This document shows positions 25,816 through 41,018 of a stretch of DNA of 64,000 nt, piece after piece. Each line of letters begins with the position of its first letter. Position 1 is the stretch's first letter. The DNA lies in contig NC_043001.1 in NCBI RefSeq assembly GCF_006345805.1, forward strand, positions 131,998,001 to 132,062,000. Reading direction: 5' to 3'. The notes under the pieces are model-generated. The model made no database searches. It was not told where the DNA came from and was given only the letters and a program-made list of their open reading frames with translations. A program made the translations under genes and the position numbers. The stretch is from Octopus sinensis. Lineage: Eukaryota.

Positions 25816-25863
25816 TCAACTATTCAATGTTTTTTAAGATACCATAATTCCATAATTTTTTTA

Positions 25864-26232
25864 TAGGCGTAGGAGTGGCTATGTGGCAAGTAGCTTGCTT
25901 ACCAACCACATGGTTCTGGGTTCAGTACCACTGCATGGCACCTTGGACAAGTGTCTTCTACTATAGCCTCGGGCCGACCAAAGTTTTGTGAGTGGATTTG
26001 TTAGACGGAAACTGAAAGAAGCCTGTTGTATATATGTATATATGTGTGTATATGTTTGTGTGTCTGTGTTTGTCCCCCCATAATCGCTTGACAACCAATG
26101 GTGGAGTGTTAACTTAGCAGTTCGGCAAAAGGTACCGGTAGAATAAGTACTAGGCTTACAAAGAATAAGTCCTGGGGTCGATTTGCTCGACTGAAGGCAG
26201 TGCTCCAGCATGGCCGCTGTCAAATAAAAGAA
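25864..26232 (+). mobile_element. SINE family A
   Basis: Head and body match; tail truncated. Confidence 0.85.
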
Positions 26233-26873
26233 TACCAATATATTGAAAGAAATTTCACACACTAATGATGATGATGGCGATGACAACTGCAATGATGATG
26301 GTTATGATGGCAGCAATGATGATAATGTTCACAACTACAATGATGATGATGATAATGATGATAATGATGATAATGATGATGCATACATATACACAATTTC
26401 TGAAGACATAAAGAACTATTATTTTATGTTTATTGTATCTGTGTGTATAAATGCATATTCATAACAGATATGCCTTTATTTATGCATTCATATATGTACA
26501 TATGTATGCATGCATGTATGCGTATATCTATGTATGTATGAGTGAATTATTGTATTTATGTATGTATACACAACAAAAGTGTGTGCTGAGAAAGAGTAAT
26601 AAACTAGAAGCATTATTGTTATGAAAGCATAAGTGAAACTTTTTCACTTGCAGAGCTAAGCACCAGCCGAGCTTTTGTAACATACTTTGAAAACATTTAT
26701 TGAATAACAATAAATATTATAGTAAATGTTGACAAAAGCAGCAAAACTCGTATGGATGCTAACCTTGGTACATTTTTTTAGAAATGGGATGTCGTTAAAT
26801 CATACAGGTTTTCAGATTATGAGGTGAGGTGGAAAATATTTTCTTTTAAAGTTGTTAAGAAAGAAAAAGTCTA

Positions 26874-28000
<1,127 letters not shown>

Positions 28001-28920
28001 GCATATGTGTGCACTCTGGTTGAATCAATCATATGAAAGTTGGTTGGTTGGTAGGTTTATATTATTAGGTAAAGAAGGAGAAAACTTAAATAGGAAAATA
28101 TGAGCAGACAATAACAATAGAAAAGTGAATGAGTGGATTTTAGATTATGAAACACTTACAAGTAAGGTGTGCCATGATCAAGAGTCTGAATTTAAATCTA
28201 ATTGAATTTTGTTACTGTAATGCTTTTGTTGTCAGCATCTGGCAGACATTTTAGGAGAAAGGCTGCCTCTTGGCAGGATGCAAATATACAGATTAAATTG
28301 AGAATGTTGGCAAAATATCAATAAAAGTAAATATTTTTTTCCCTTTTTAATATGTTTAATTTGGATAATAAATAGTTAATCTTACATTATTCCTTAAGGA
28401 AGGTATACTTTGAATTCATTTTCTTTAATGTTGTTTATGATTGTTGTTACTGGTCTTTACATCATGTCTTATTAAGAATTAGAATTTATACAAAAATATG
28501 TATCTTGTATTTTCTTTTCTTTTGCTTATATATATACATGCATGCATGTGTATGTGTAATATATGCATATTTATACATATTTAAACATGCATACATGTAT
28601 GTATAGATATCAACCTGCATATATATATACATACATACATACATACATACACACATACATACATACATACATACATACACACAGGCATACGTACATGCAT
28701 ACATACATACATACATACATACATACATACATACATACATACATACATACATACATACATACAATATGTATACATGCATTTTAAGTAAGCTTTTGCATAA
28801 ACAAACTATATAATGTGATAATATTCAATTTGCATATTTTCCAGGCTTACTAGTAATTCTTTTGAAGATATCTAATTGTTAAAATGATTTTATATGCATA
28901 TACATATATTCACTATATTC

Positions 28921-28995
<75 letters not shown>

Positions 28996-29510
28996 TGGAT
29001 AAATAGATAGATATGCATGCACCATATATATATATATATATATTTGGTGTGACTGTGTGTTTATTTGTGAGTGAGAGATAAAGAGAAATTAAGACTGACA
29101 GAGGAACATAAGGGAGCCTGAATTTATATATATATATACATATATGTGTGTGTGTATATGTATAGATATATATATATATACATACATATATATATACATA
29201 TACATCAAATCGCTGAAACAAGTAAAAGAGTAAAAGAGTAAAAGAATATATATATATATAGTAAGCATGTTTGTATGTTTTATAAAATTGGATACTTTGT
29301 ACATGTCATCATATTTAGTAGATTTTTATGTAATCAAGAAATATATATATATATCATCATCATCATCACGGACGTTAAACGACGATGATGATGATGATGA
29401 TATATATATATATTTCTTGATTACATAAAAATCTACTAAATATGATGACATGTACAAAGTATCCAATTTTATAAAACATACAAACATGCTTACTATATAT
29501 ATATATATAT

Positions 29511-29692
29511 TCTTTTACTCTTTTATTCTTTTACTTGTTTCAGCGATTTGACTGCGGCCATGCTGGAGCACCGCCTTTAGTCGGCCCGAGGCTATAGTAG
29601 AAGACAGTTGCCCAAGGTGCCACGCAGTGGGACTGAACCTGGAACCATGTGGTTGGTAAGCAAGCTACTTACCACACAGCCACTCCTGTGCC

Positions 29693-29694
<2 letters not shown>
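29511..29694 (-). mobile_element. SINE family A with a large internal deletion
   Basis: caccgcctttagtcg joined directly to gcccgaggctatag. Confidence 0.85.
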
Positions 29695-29725
<31 letters not shown>

Positions 29726-30409
29726 TATATATAATATATATATGTATGTATGTATGTATGCATGTAATGTCATCACACGCATACACACATGCACAGATAC
29801 ATGTATATTCTACTTCAGCTTCTTCCAGGGTTTACTATTACATTTCTAACTCCTTTATGCTTCTCAACTGATATGCCGCCGCAGATACAACAGCAATAAT
29901 CTTTTTACTGCTGAATACTGCTCTCACTCTCACTCTCTCTCTCTCTCTCTGTCTTTCTTCCCCCCCGTTTCACTCTCTTTTACTTAGAGGAAAGAAAACA
30001 AATGATAGCTGTAATCTGCCTGATGCATCATCATTCATGTAAGTTGTATTTGTTAAAGGGACAACAGTGGGAACAAAGTGCTTTCATTGATTTTTGCCTT
30101 CTTACACACCACAGCAAAGAATATAAGCATCTTCAGGCATCTTTGCACTTACTTGATTGTTCAATGACTGTAGTTTATGGCAAGAGAAATATGACAGTAT
30201 CTCAGTTGAGAGGTTATGACCTCTGATTTTTATTTTTTTTTATTTATTCTATTTTGTTTTGCTTTTCGTTTTTTCGTTGTTTTTGTTGTTTTTTGTTTTG
30301 TTTTTGTGTCTTGTTTTTAACAGAGTGGATGACTGAAAAAAAAGGTTATATTATCTTTCTTTCTCTTCTCTCTCTCTCTCTCTGTACTTGTATATATGTG
30401 TCAATTCAT

Positions 30410-30418
30410 TTATATGCA

Positions 30419-30491
<73 letters not shown>

Positions 30492-30514
30492 GTATATATA
30501 TATATGTATATATG

Positions 30515-30590
<76 letters not shown>

Positions 30591-30681
30591 ATATGTATGC
30601 ATATGTGTGTGTGAATAAATTAATATATGGCACACATACAAACACATACATGTATACATATATATATATATACATGCATGT

Positions 30682-30729
<48 letters not shown>

Positions 30730-30896
30730 ATATATATATATTATATATATATATATACATATATATGTATGCACACACACACACATACATATTACCTTTT
30801 TTGTGGTTCCCTTCAGAATGTACCTGGTAGTGTCAGCTGAAAGAGAATGAGCGAGAAGGAGGGGGAGAGAAAGAGAGTGGGGAAATAAGGAAGAGA

Positions 30897-30942
<46 letters not shown>
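30410..30942. repeat. (TA)-rich and (GA)n tracts
   Basis: Direct runs. Confidence 0.95.
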
Positions 30943-30947
<5 letters not shown>

Positions 30948-31734
30948 GGTGAGGTGAAGCTTCCATGTTGTGAAAAATTCAAAGTCAAAGGCAGGAAGAA
31001 AGTCCAATAAAATGAGATCAGAGGTGATAAGAAAACATATAGAAGTAGTTAGAAAATAAATAAATGAATACATAAATAAATAAATAGATAAATAAATAAA
31101 TAAATAAATATATAAATAAAAGGTGGAGGTTCATAGAAGTTGATGGGGATCAAACTTACTGGAGATTGAAAGGGTCTAGATATATTCCAAAATGGAAGCT
31201 ATTCAATATTTTTTATTTTATTTTTTCTTCTATTTTTTTCTATTTTTTTTTTCCCTGTCTTCTTGAAGAAATAAATATATACGAAAGTGAAAGCGAAAGC
31301 AAAAGCGGAAGAGGTGTTGGCAGGAAAGGCTAAAACGGTATAACCTTGTCAATGAAAATGTTAAATAGAAGTTTTCTGCACACCAGATATTTAAGGAGTT
31401 GGGGTTTGATCCACGAGACCTAGGTTCAATTTTTGGCAATAGCAATTCATATTCTTTTATGGCTTTTATTAATTTACAGGTTTCAGTTATACGACTGCCA
31501 CCATGTTGAGGGCATAGTCATCACATGTTTTTGTTAATTATATTGACCCCCAGTTCTTATTTTATACTGATCACATTTTTTTTTCTATACTGTATTGCTA
31601 AGTTAAGTTTCTGTTCAGATAAATTGATGCAAATTGATACACTGATTTATATTGGTAAACAGAAACATGAATATTGAAGCCAACAAAAAAGACTCGATGT
31701 CGTTCTATATAGAGTACATAGAGTACATTTTTAC

Positions 31735-31872
31735 ACTATTTACATTTGACAGATAATTGTCCTCATATTGTTTGTTGTTAACATAACGTTTCAGCTGATA
31801 TACCCTCCAGCCTTCATCAGGTGTCTTGGGGAAATTTCGAACCTGGGTTCTCATTCCTAAGGTATTTTTCGA

Positions 31873-31919
<47 letters not shown>

Positions 31920-32490
31920 TCACTGCCTGGATCGAACCCGAAATTTTTGGTGTTAGTAGCCCGCACTCTTAACACCTACGCCATATAAACGTGGGCAATT
32001 ATGGAGTGAATTTTAGGGCTTAAAAATCTAATATTTTCCTATCCTTCCTTAATACCGGTTCCCTTATGTTTTTCATATCCGCACTCGGTCTGATGAGGAG
32101 GTTGTTGTGTCCTAGCATATATGCTGCTTCTTGTAGTTTTCGTATTTTCCAGTGGTGTTCTCTATTAGTCTAGCTTCATTCCACAGGGGGAGGTGGTCTC
32201 CATTTTTCCATACATGATCAGCTATACCCAATTTATCAATATCTCCTCGTGACACAGCTTTGTGACGTTCCTCTACCCTTATTTTGAGGAGGCGGCAAGT
32301 TTTGCCTTTGTATAACCTACAACAGCTGCATGGGATGGAGTACACGCAGTCTTTGGTCATATTCTCTTCTATTGGTGGTTTTACTCGAAGATATTTGTGT
32401 AGTTTTGTATTGCTCTTGAATACTGTCCTGATGTCATATGGGCCGCATATCTTTTGTATCTTTTCGGAGAGGCCTTTCATATAGAATTAA
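31735..32490 (-). mobile_element. Penelope-like 3' end: GIY-YIG endonuclease plus pseudo-LTR
   Basis: DCVYSIPCSC..LYKGKT.R.LK.R.EE.H...IADHVW; downstream segment homologous to 43690-43932. Confidence 0.85.
31780..31825 (-). ncRNA. Minimal type I hammerhead ribozyme motif
   Basis: GACAC-CUGAUGA-A-GGCUG(loop)CAGCU-GAAA-CG-UU-AUGUU. Confidence 0.65.
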
Positions 32491-32499
32491 TTAATTATT

Positions 32500-32865
32500 A
32501 AGCACTCCGTCGGTTACGACAATGAGGGTTCCGGTTGATCCGAATCAACGGAACAGCCTGCTCGTGAAATTAACGTGTAAGTAACTGAGCACTCCACAGA
32601 CACGTGTACCCTTAACGTAGTTCTCGGGGATATTCAGCGTGACACAGAGAGTGACAAGGCCGGCCCTTTGAAATACAGGTACAACAGAAACAGGAAGTTG
32701 TGATGAAAGAGTACAGCAGGGATCACCACCATCCCCTGCTGGAGCCTCGTGGAGCTTTAGGTGTTTTCGCTCAATAAACACTCACAACGCCCGGTCTGGG
32801 AATCGAAACCGCGATCCTATGACCGCGAGTCTGCTGCCCTAACCACTGGACCATTGCGCCTCTAC
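32500..32865 (-). mobile_element. SINE family D
   Basis: Matches the 18127 and 38662 copies. Confidence 0.9.
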
Positions 32866-33960
32866 TTGTTTAGGCGTATATCAATAAAGTTACTAAGTCT
32901 GTGTGTTTCACGGGACAGGCCTACTACAACTGGTCTTAATTGAAACCTTTGGAATGTGGTATATTAATTAAACAGCGGTGTTGAGCTTCTACACGTTTCA
33001 TTTAGTACCTTGCTCTTGTGAATTTTGTGAGTCCGTAAAAATTGCTTGTTTTGCAGTCAAATCCCATGAAATACATTCTTTCCTTTTCCGTTAAGCCATT
33101 TTGAAGCAGTTGAACGAAGATCGTGGGGTTTTTTTTCATTATATTTATTAGTTGGTAATTGTTCATCTTTTCATATTTGGTTTTATCTCAAAGTAAGACT
33201 AGTGTAGTGTTTATGTAATGTTCCCAATCCATAATGATGTAAAGGGAACTGGTTGCTTCTTTACACCTGTGGCGGGTTGATTGGTTCAGACTAGGTAGAT
33301 TCTAGATTTCAGTTAAATGTTCTATGACTATCGCGTCGGGGTCACCACTGTAAAGGGAACTGGTTGCGTTCTTGTTCATGACTGGAAGGTTCTGGAATCT
33401 AAAGAAAGGAAATTGTGTTGCACCCAAGTTGCACGCCAAAAGTGTAAAGAAGCAACCAGTTCCCTTCACAATGACTAAAGCTCTACCTTTATCAGTTTCT
33501 CTGATAACTATATTGTGATCATCCTCGAGATCATTGATGGCTTCCCATTCTTTTCGGTTGTTATTTGATTTAAATTTCGGATGTAGTAGTAAATTAAAGA
33601 AAATTGGTAACAAAATCGCAAAATTTGTCAAGCGTTTAGTTCCTACGCTTTGTCGGACTGCAGTTGTTTTTTTATTATGAAGCATTGATTCATAATTTAT
33701 TTCTTTGTCAAACCATTCTTCAGTTACGTGCAATTTTCAACGAAATTATTGGACATCATTCTGTGTTTCATTAATTTGGAATGTTGTGGTAAATTTGGGG
33801 AAATTTTAGTCCTTTGGAAAGAATTGGAATCTGTTGCATTGAAAGGTTTATGTGTGAAAGGTTTGTTACCTTCGGTCTTTGCCATCGAGTGTTTTGAATT
33901 GTGTCCACTGTTCAGTTTGAAATTGAAACAATGTCATGGACTAAGTCTACTTCCATGGAA
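32866..33960 (-). mobile_element. Penelope-like RT N-terminal half, interrupted by a MITE
   Basis: VTNLS...ILSKGLKF, NIVIRETDKGRALV|IIMDWEHY, SNFYGLTKIHKSK, LRPVV. Confidence 0.8.
33238..33470. mobile_element. Ginger-like MITE
   Basis: 29-bp TIRs (33238-33266 and 33442-33470, 1 mismatch), TGT...ACA termini, 4-bp TSD ATGA (33234-33237 and 33471-33474). Confidence 0.65.
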
Positions 33961-33977
33961 ACCAAAACTGAATTTAG

Positions 33978-34133
33978 TGGTGGTAAGTAGCTTGCTAACC
34001 AACCACATGGTTCCGGGTTCAGTCCCACTGCGTGGCATCTTGGGCAAGTGTCTTCTGCTATAGCCCCGGGCCGACCAATGCCTTGTGAGTGGATTTGGTA
34101 GACGGAAACTGAAAGAAGCCTGTCGTATATATG

Positions 34134-34220
<87 letters not shown>

Positions 34221-34444
34221 GTTTGTGTGTCTGTGTTTGTCCCCCTAGCATTGCTTGACAACCGATGCTGGTGTATTTACGTCCCCGTCACTTAGCGGTT
34301 CGGCAAAAGAGACCGATAGAATAAGTACTGGGCTTACAAAGAATAAGACCCGGGGTCGATTTGGTCGACTAAAGGCGGTGCTCCAGCATGGCCGCAGTCA
34401 AATGACTGAAACAAGTAAAACAGTAAAGCGTAAAAGAGTAAAAG
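33978..34444 (+). mobile_element. SINE family A, slightly 5'-truncated
   Basis: High similarity to the other copies. Confidence 0.9.
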
Positions 34445-34972
34445 CTTAGTGCGTAACGTCGTCGTTATCATCATCGTTATCATAAAATATATCAGCGACA
34501 TTAATTAGTCCTTGTTTTTTTATTGTTTTGTTTTGTTTCTTTTTCATGTATATTTTTACCAAATCTTTTTATCTGAATTCATTTGTTGAAACAAATATTG
34601 TTGTATTGTGGAAAAGGTATTTTGTCAATAAATAAAAGCATGCAATATCTGTGGTTATCATGTTTTATTCGGTTCTTTATTTTTTCTAATTGGTTATAAG
34701 CTACAAAATTATTCATTACATTTCTCTAACCTGCTCACAAATGCAGAAAAATCCATGAATAAGTCAAAGAAGTGTGGAGAAAACCGCTGATGTACATTTA
34801 TTTGCAAATGATTGAAAACAAATGTTTCTATTCCACGATAGAACAGAAATATAATTTAGTTTGTCAACTTTCGTTTTTCAGTTCGGTCTGTCACAAAAAT
34901 TCAGTTGTCTTGTATTTTTGCTTTTTATGTAATATTTGTAGATACCATTAAAGATTTAGTAAAAACATTCTT

Positions 34973-35106
34973 ATAACTTTAAGACAATTAGTACTATTAA
35001 GACAATTAGTACTATAACTTTAAGACAATTAGTACTATAACTTTAAGACAATTAGTACTATAACTTTAAGACAATTAGTACTATAACTTTAAGACAATTA
35101 GTACTA
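34973..35106. repeat. 23-bp minisatellite (ataactttaagacaattagtact), about 6 units
   Basis: Head-to-tail units, one shortened. Confidence 0.9.
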
Positions 35107-35409
35107 TTAGCTCTAAATTTTTTTACTGAATACATTGAAAAAAGGATTGTATGTAAACAAAGTATTCTTATCAAACAGAACAAAAAAAACATTGCTGAAA
35201 ATAATCAGATCTTTAAACAGCCAAATACTGAACAAATTTAAGATAAATGAAACCTTGTTCCAACTTTTAAGTTGTTTGTAAGGTTTTGTCTCGTTGTTAT
35301 ATTGAGATAATCTTAATCTAATATTTTTTACTTCAAGTTGAGAAAATATTAATTAAGAACGGTAAGATCAACAACGAATGAACTTAAAATAAATAGGATT
35401 AATACTTAT

Positions 35410-35818
35410 ACTCTTTACTCTTTTACTCTTTTACTTGTTTCAGTCATTTGATTGCGGCCATGCTGGAGCACCGCCTTTTTAGTCGAGCAAATCGACCCCG
35501 GGACTTATTCTTTGTAAGCCTAGTACTTATTCTATCGGTCTGTTTTGCCGAACCGCTAAGTGACAGGGACGTAAACACACCAGCATCGGTTGTCAAGCAA
35601 TGCTAGGGGGACAAACACAGACACACAAACATATATATATACATACATATATACGACGGGCTTCTTTCAGTTTCCGTCTACCAAATCCACTCACAAGGCT
35701 TTGGTTGGCCCGAGACTATAGTTGAAGACACTTGCCCAAGATGCCACGCAGTGGGACTGAACCCGGAACCATGTGGTTGGTAAGCAAGCTACTTACCACA
35801 CAGCCACTCCTGCGCCTA
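35410..35818 (-). mobile_element. SINE family A, full length
   Basis: High similarity to the other copies. Confidence 0.9.
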
Positions 35819-37879
35819 TATGTGTATTAGTTTTATACTCTTCTTCATATTGTTTAAAAGTTGTTTATTTATTTCCTCCTTTTTATTTATGTATTGATTT
35901 TTACTATATGTATAATATGCACCTGGGTATATTAATTATAGGCAATGAAATCCTGGAAAAATATCTCTCCTATATAATACGCACTGATTATTTCCTTAAT
36001 ATTACGATGTACGGAAAAGATAGTGTTTAGCGGGTTTTATTAGAAATATACCAAAAGAAACAAAAGTCAAGCAAATTTTAAAATGAACTTTGAACTTCAC
36101 TGATGTAAGCTATAAAAATGCACCTCCTGTAAAATCTATACAATGGAAATCATACGACTATGTTTTCCGATAAAAGAACATATTCTTAAATAAATATGGT
36201 TCAATATTTCCACATCTTTTTCATTGATTAATACTTTTACTGATATTCAGTTAATAATTCCTTTTATTAGCTCAAACTCAAATAATGTTAGAAGAAATTA
36301 GTATTGTCCGTTATAGTGACCAAATGCTGCTAGTTGAGTAGAATTTGAAATTTGAATATAGAATGTCAAAATAAAAATTCAGTACTTTACTGTTTCTGTT
36401 TATCCATCTTAACAATGCTGGTTTTAGACAACACACTTTGCTCAGATTCGCTAAACACCTATTATAAAACACATAAGTCAATACCTTCATATTATATAAT
36501 TATTAATCATTGAGGATTAAAAAACTGTTCTATGCACTCTAACAAACGTGAATCTATAGACATGTCCAGTCAAAACCATTATCAGAAATAAACTTAAAAA
36601 TTAAAGAAACATCTCACTTCTAACTGTTCATTAATTATATCAATATATTTGTGGAAGAAAAACTTATTAATGGTTGACATTTAGTCTAAAATATGTAGCA
36701 ATTATTGATTTTTATTTAATTTTATTTCATTATTTCTAGATTCATTTAATTTTTTTTACGTGTTATAATCTTTAAGTTTTAAATTCAATTTAAGACAAAT
36801 ATTTCAGTATATCGTTTGTTAAAGTCCCCAGTATTACCGAGTTTCATGAAATTCTTTCTGTTTCACTCTGAAACGATATATGCAGTCAGAAGATAATTTG
36901 TAAGACATCTTTAAATAGCCTGAAATTTTTCAATAATTCCAACTTGTTTATTATAATAAATTGTATGATATTGTTATTGAAACTTTCACAGATATTCTTT
37001 ATACATTATACCAAAATAATTTCCTTTTATTTCCGGATACATTAATATGATTGCTGTAGAGTCAATTGTTTATAACAATTAACTGGAGAGAAATTTAAGC
37101 ATAATATAGGAAGATCACAGTGTGCAATCAAGGGAATCTTCGTGGTATGTTTTATTTCTACATTGCCTCAACCAGTGCAACTTGCAGAATTACATCATGC
37201 TGTTACATTTCCGTCTGCAGTGAAAACCTGATTTTTCCAAAGCCAACTTACTTGTCTTAAACCAACAAATTCCTTGCACTGCAAACTTCACATTCAACAA
37301 AGAGACAATACCATCATGAATTGAGTATTGTTACATGTATCTTTTAGTAGGAATGGGAGGGAGAAAAAACCGAATTGCTCTCATTAGAAAATAAATGTTT
37401 GGTATTGTGTGATTAAAATATATTGCCATTAACAGAATGTGGCATACTCTGCCATCATGTTTTATCTGGCTTATGAATATATTGTAACAATAATTGTATG
37501 AATATGTCCAAAAGTTTTAATGACCTGGAAGATGGAATATAATATTGTTTTGTTTTTTATTTCTTTATTTTTATTTCCTTTTGTTTCAGACAAAGTAATG
37601 TCATTGTATTATACTCATTTATAATTGTTTATGCAACTTTTTAATGGAAAATATTTCAGACACATTGAATAATAAAAATTTGTTACTGATGGCTTTTCAA
37701 TTGAACTTCCACCATTCATCAATTATATTAAGATGAATACTTTGATAAGTTTTCCTAATAAGAAAATAAGCTTGTAATACTTTAACAGAAAGTTGCAGAA
37801 GCAATAGTACTGCTGGTATATAATATTCATCCAACGAGACAGAAAATCACCTTACATAAGAGAATATATGCTACAGATT

Positions 37880-40565
37880 GACTCGATCCTAATTTGTTAC
37901 TTAAAAGGAAGGAGAAGCTGGTCAACCTTGACTTATACAGAATCAATAGTGCTGCCCTTTTGCAAGAGGAAGGTCGGTTAATTGATATGGGTTGTGACTA
38001 CAGTTTCTTTGCGATCAGGAAGAACCTATTTGATAAGCCAGAGGAGTTGTCATCCAGTATGAATGACGTCAACATTAAACTTCTTTATGTGACTTATCTG
38101 TAGGTATACTCGACGGCAAGGAAGTCGGTTGACCCATCTTGAAAAGTTGATATATGGCGGCGCTTCAATAATTTTTCTATCTTCAAAGTTCCTTTCTATG
38201 TAAATTAGGATTAAGCAATTTCTGGTACTTGATGTCTGAGTTGTTTACATCGAATCAATTTTTGTGTTTGCATGCTCTGAAGCCTAGAATATTCCCAGAG
38301 ATGGTATGTGTATTTTGTCTGAAATTTGATCGTGTATTCATCAGGCGATAAATTTGCTAGAACTTTACGGAAAGATACCCCAACACTCCATTCAATAAAA
38401 AGAAACTCAATCTCTTTTCTATGAGAATCTTAGAAATGCCTTTCTTTCAGCACTGACTGGCGGCTAGAACCCCTATCTGGTGATTTTAATACTTGAGTAT
38501 ATCCTGACCTAGCTGGGGATGTTTCTACAAAGGTAAAAATGTATACTAGTGATCATCGTTTGCAGCAGCTATGTCTTGAACCTGGTCTTGTGGCGGGCAA
38601 TACACTGTTTCATCAGAAACTCAAACATAATGTTCCTACACCCATTTCCGATTCAAATATGGATGGAAGCACTCCGTCGGTTACGACGACGAGGGTTCCG
38701 GTTGATCCGAATCAACGGAACAGCCTGCTCGTGAAATTAACGTGTAAGTGGCTGAGCACTCAACAGACACGTGCACCCTTAACATAGTTCTCGGGGATAT
38801 TCAGCGTGACACAGAGAGTGACAAGGCCGGCCCTTTGAAATACAGGTACAACAGAAACAGTAAGTAAGAGTGAGAGAAGGTTGTGGTGAAAGAGTACAGC
38901 AGGGATCACCACCATCCCTGCCGGAACCTCGTGGAGCTTTTAGGTGTTTTCGCTCAATAAACACTCACAACGCCCCGTCTGGGAATCGAAACCGCGATCC
39001 TACGATCCCTAACCACTGGGCCATTGCGCCTCCACAAATTCAAATATGATCATCGTACTGACTTCATAATAGACAAACGTGACAGTTATGAACTACGTCA
39101 TGTTAAAGTATTGCGTGGGGTCACGTGTTGACCGGATTACTGGCTTGTACGAACGAAGTTCACAATAACTGATATTAAGGTCCCAAATCAGTTACAATAC
39201 CGACAAACCCTGCAATATCAGCATCTTTCCGTAAAGTTCTAGCAAATTTATCGCCTGATGAATACACGATCAAATTTCAGACAAAATACACATACCATCT
39301 CTGGGAATATTCTAGGCTTCAGAGCATGCAAACACAAAAATTGATTCGATGTAAACAACTCAGAACTATCTACATTTTTAGATATCAAGTACCAGAAATT
39401 GCTTAATCCTAATTTACATAGAAAGGAACTTTGAAGATAGAAAAATTATTGAAGCGCCGCCATATATCAACTTTTCAAGATGGGTCAACCGACTTCCTTG
39501 CCGTCGAGTATACCTACAGATATGCAATTGGCCTTTGGCGAAAAATACCTTCCAAAACACGTACAACTTGTTAAACCGAATATTTGGTCCTCACCGATCA
39601 CCTACTATTTCTCACTGTTCTAGAGACGGATCCAGTGACACTGAAAGTTTCAGAGCATTTTGCATGTCTTTTTTATAATCCATCCACAATATGACAGTAT
39701 GACAGGCATAGGAGACGTAACGCAACACCATATTAAAGAGATGGATACTTGTCCTACTACAGAGGAAGCCAAAAGTGTCGTTAAACAGATGAATTCAGGC
39801 AATTGCAGAAGTGCAGAGAGATTTCGTTGATCTAACGAAAACTTTTGACGCAATGAATGAAAACGCTAATTGGCAAGTTGGAACCTATGTTTGTTGAAAC
39901 GTATATCTAGAAAGCCTACCCCCATACAAAGAAAGCTAACTCTAGTGCGTAATGATATTAAACAGAGAGATATACTTTTGCTTTCCATATTGATTGGTCA
40001 TGTATTTAAGGGAAGTATTGTAGGCACAGACAAATTGTATAATCTAAATTGTTTCATACTTAAATCAAAGAGATTTTTTTTTACTCTTAGAAGCTATTTG
40101 TCGCATACTGTCGATTATGATTTTATGGCTTACATAAAACAAGGTATACAGAAAATAATGACTCTCTTCTCCCGTGCTTGTCACGACTATCTTTTGAACA
40201 TAGAATAAGCCTAAAGAAAATTAAAGTAATGTTTAAACCTATTTCAGAAGAGACATGTGTGAAACCAAACATAGTTAAATATAGAACCAGACTTGATGTA
40301 GCGGATTCTTTTGTGTATCTTGGCAGCTCTTTCTCTGAGGATGGACATATAGATTTTAAAATCAACTTGAGAATTGAGAGGGCTGCGGTTAGCTTTGGAA
40401 CACTATAGAAACGAATCTGGTCAGACAGGAACTTAAAACTGTCCACCAAGTTTTGCATCTATGATGCTTGCTTTTCACATCTCTGCTATATTTAACAGAG
40501 AAATAGACACTGTATCAACAACACATCAAAGTATTCTAGAGATTTCACCAGAAGTGCTGAAAATG
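37880..40565 (+). mobile_element. Degraded RTE-clade LINE (APE endonuclease and RT), with nested SINE D and an inverted self-copy
   Basis: EN-like LYRINSAAL..EEGRL, GDFN, GNTLFHQK, TDFII..RD; linker RACKHKN.FDVNN; RT FVDLTKTFDA, FVYLGS, RIERAAVSFG.L. Confidence 0.8.
38662..39035 (-). mobile_element. SINE family D
   Basis: TSD attcaaatatg at 38651-38661 and 39038-39048. Confidence 0.9.
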
Positions 40566-41018
40566 TTCCAACTATTTAACATTCAATAAATATGATGTTC
40601 CTGTTTCACATCCGTACATCTATGCAAATTTTTTATTTGCATGTTCTGAAAATATTTTTTGTGTCAATTTTAATGTATCTTCTGCCTAAAGTGGAAATTT
40701 TAATTATTCAAAAGATATACATAACTTCAGAATTCTATTTTCAGTTTTGTCCTTAATATTGGCATTCCTGTTTAGCTTGTTGCCAACGTGAGAAAGAGGA
40801 AGAGTTTTAACAAGACTATGAGACCATGCCGCATGCCAATATAATTTTATCTCTAATAGCTTGAAAATCTTCGTTGTGTGCAACGATATCAGTCATAAGT
40901 GTACAAGTGCTTATCAGAAATATAAATGTAATTTAGAAATGCATACATACATGCGGACAGCCAGGCAGACTGACAGATAGCTAGACAGATGCTAGACAGA
41001 TGCTATGTTGATGTCATA

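Noticed and set aside
34973-35106. 23-bp repeat array as CRISPR
   Set aside because: Units are head-to-tail with no spacers, the context is eukaryotic and no cas genes are present
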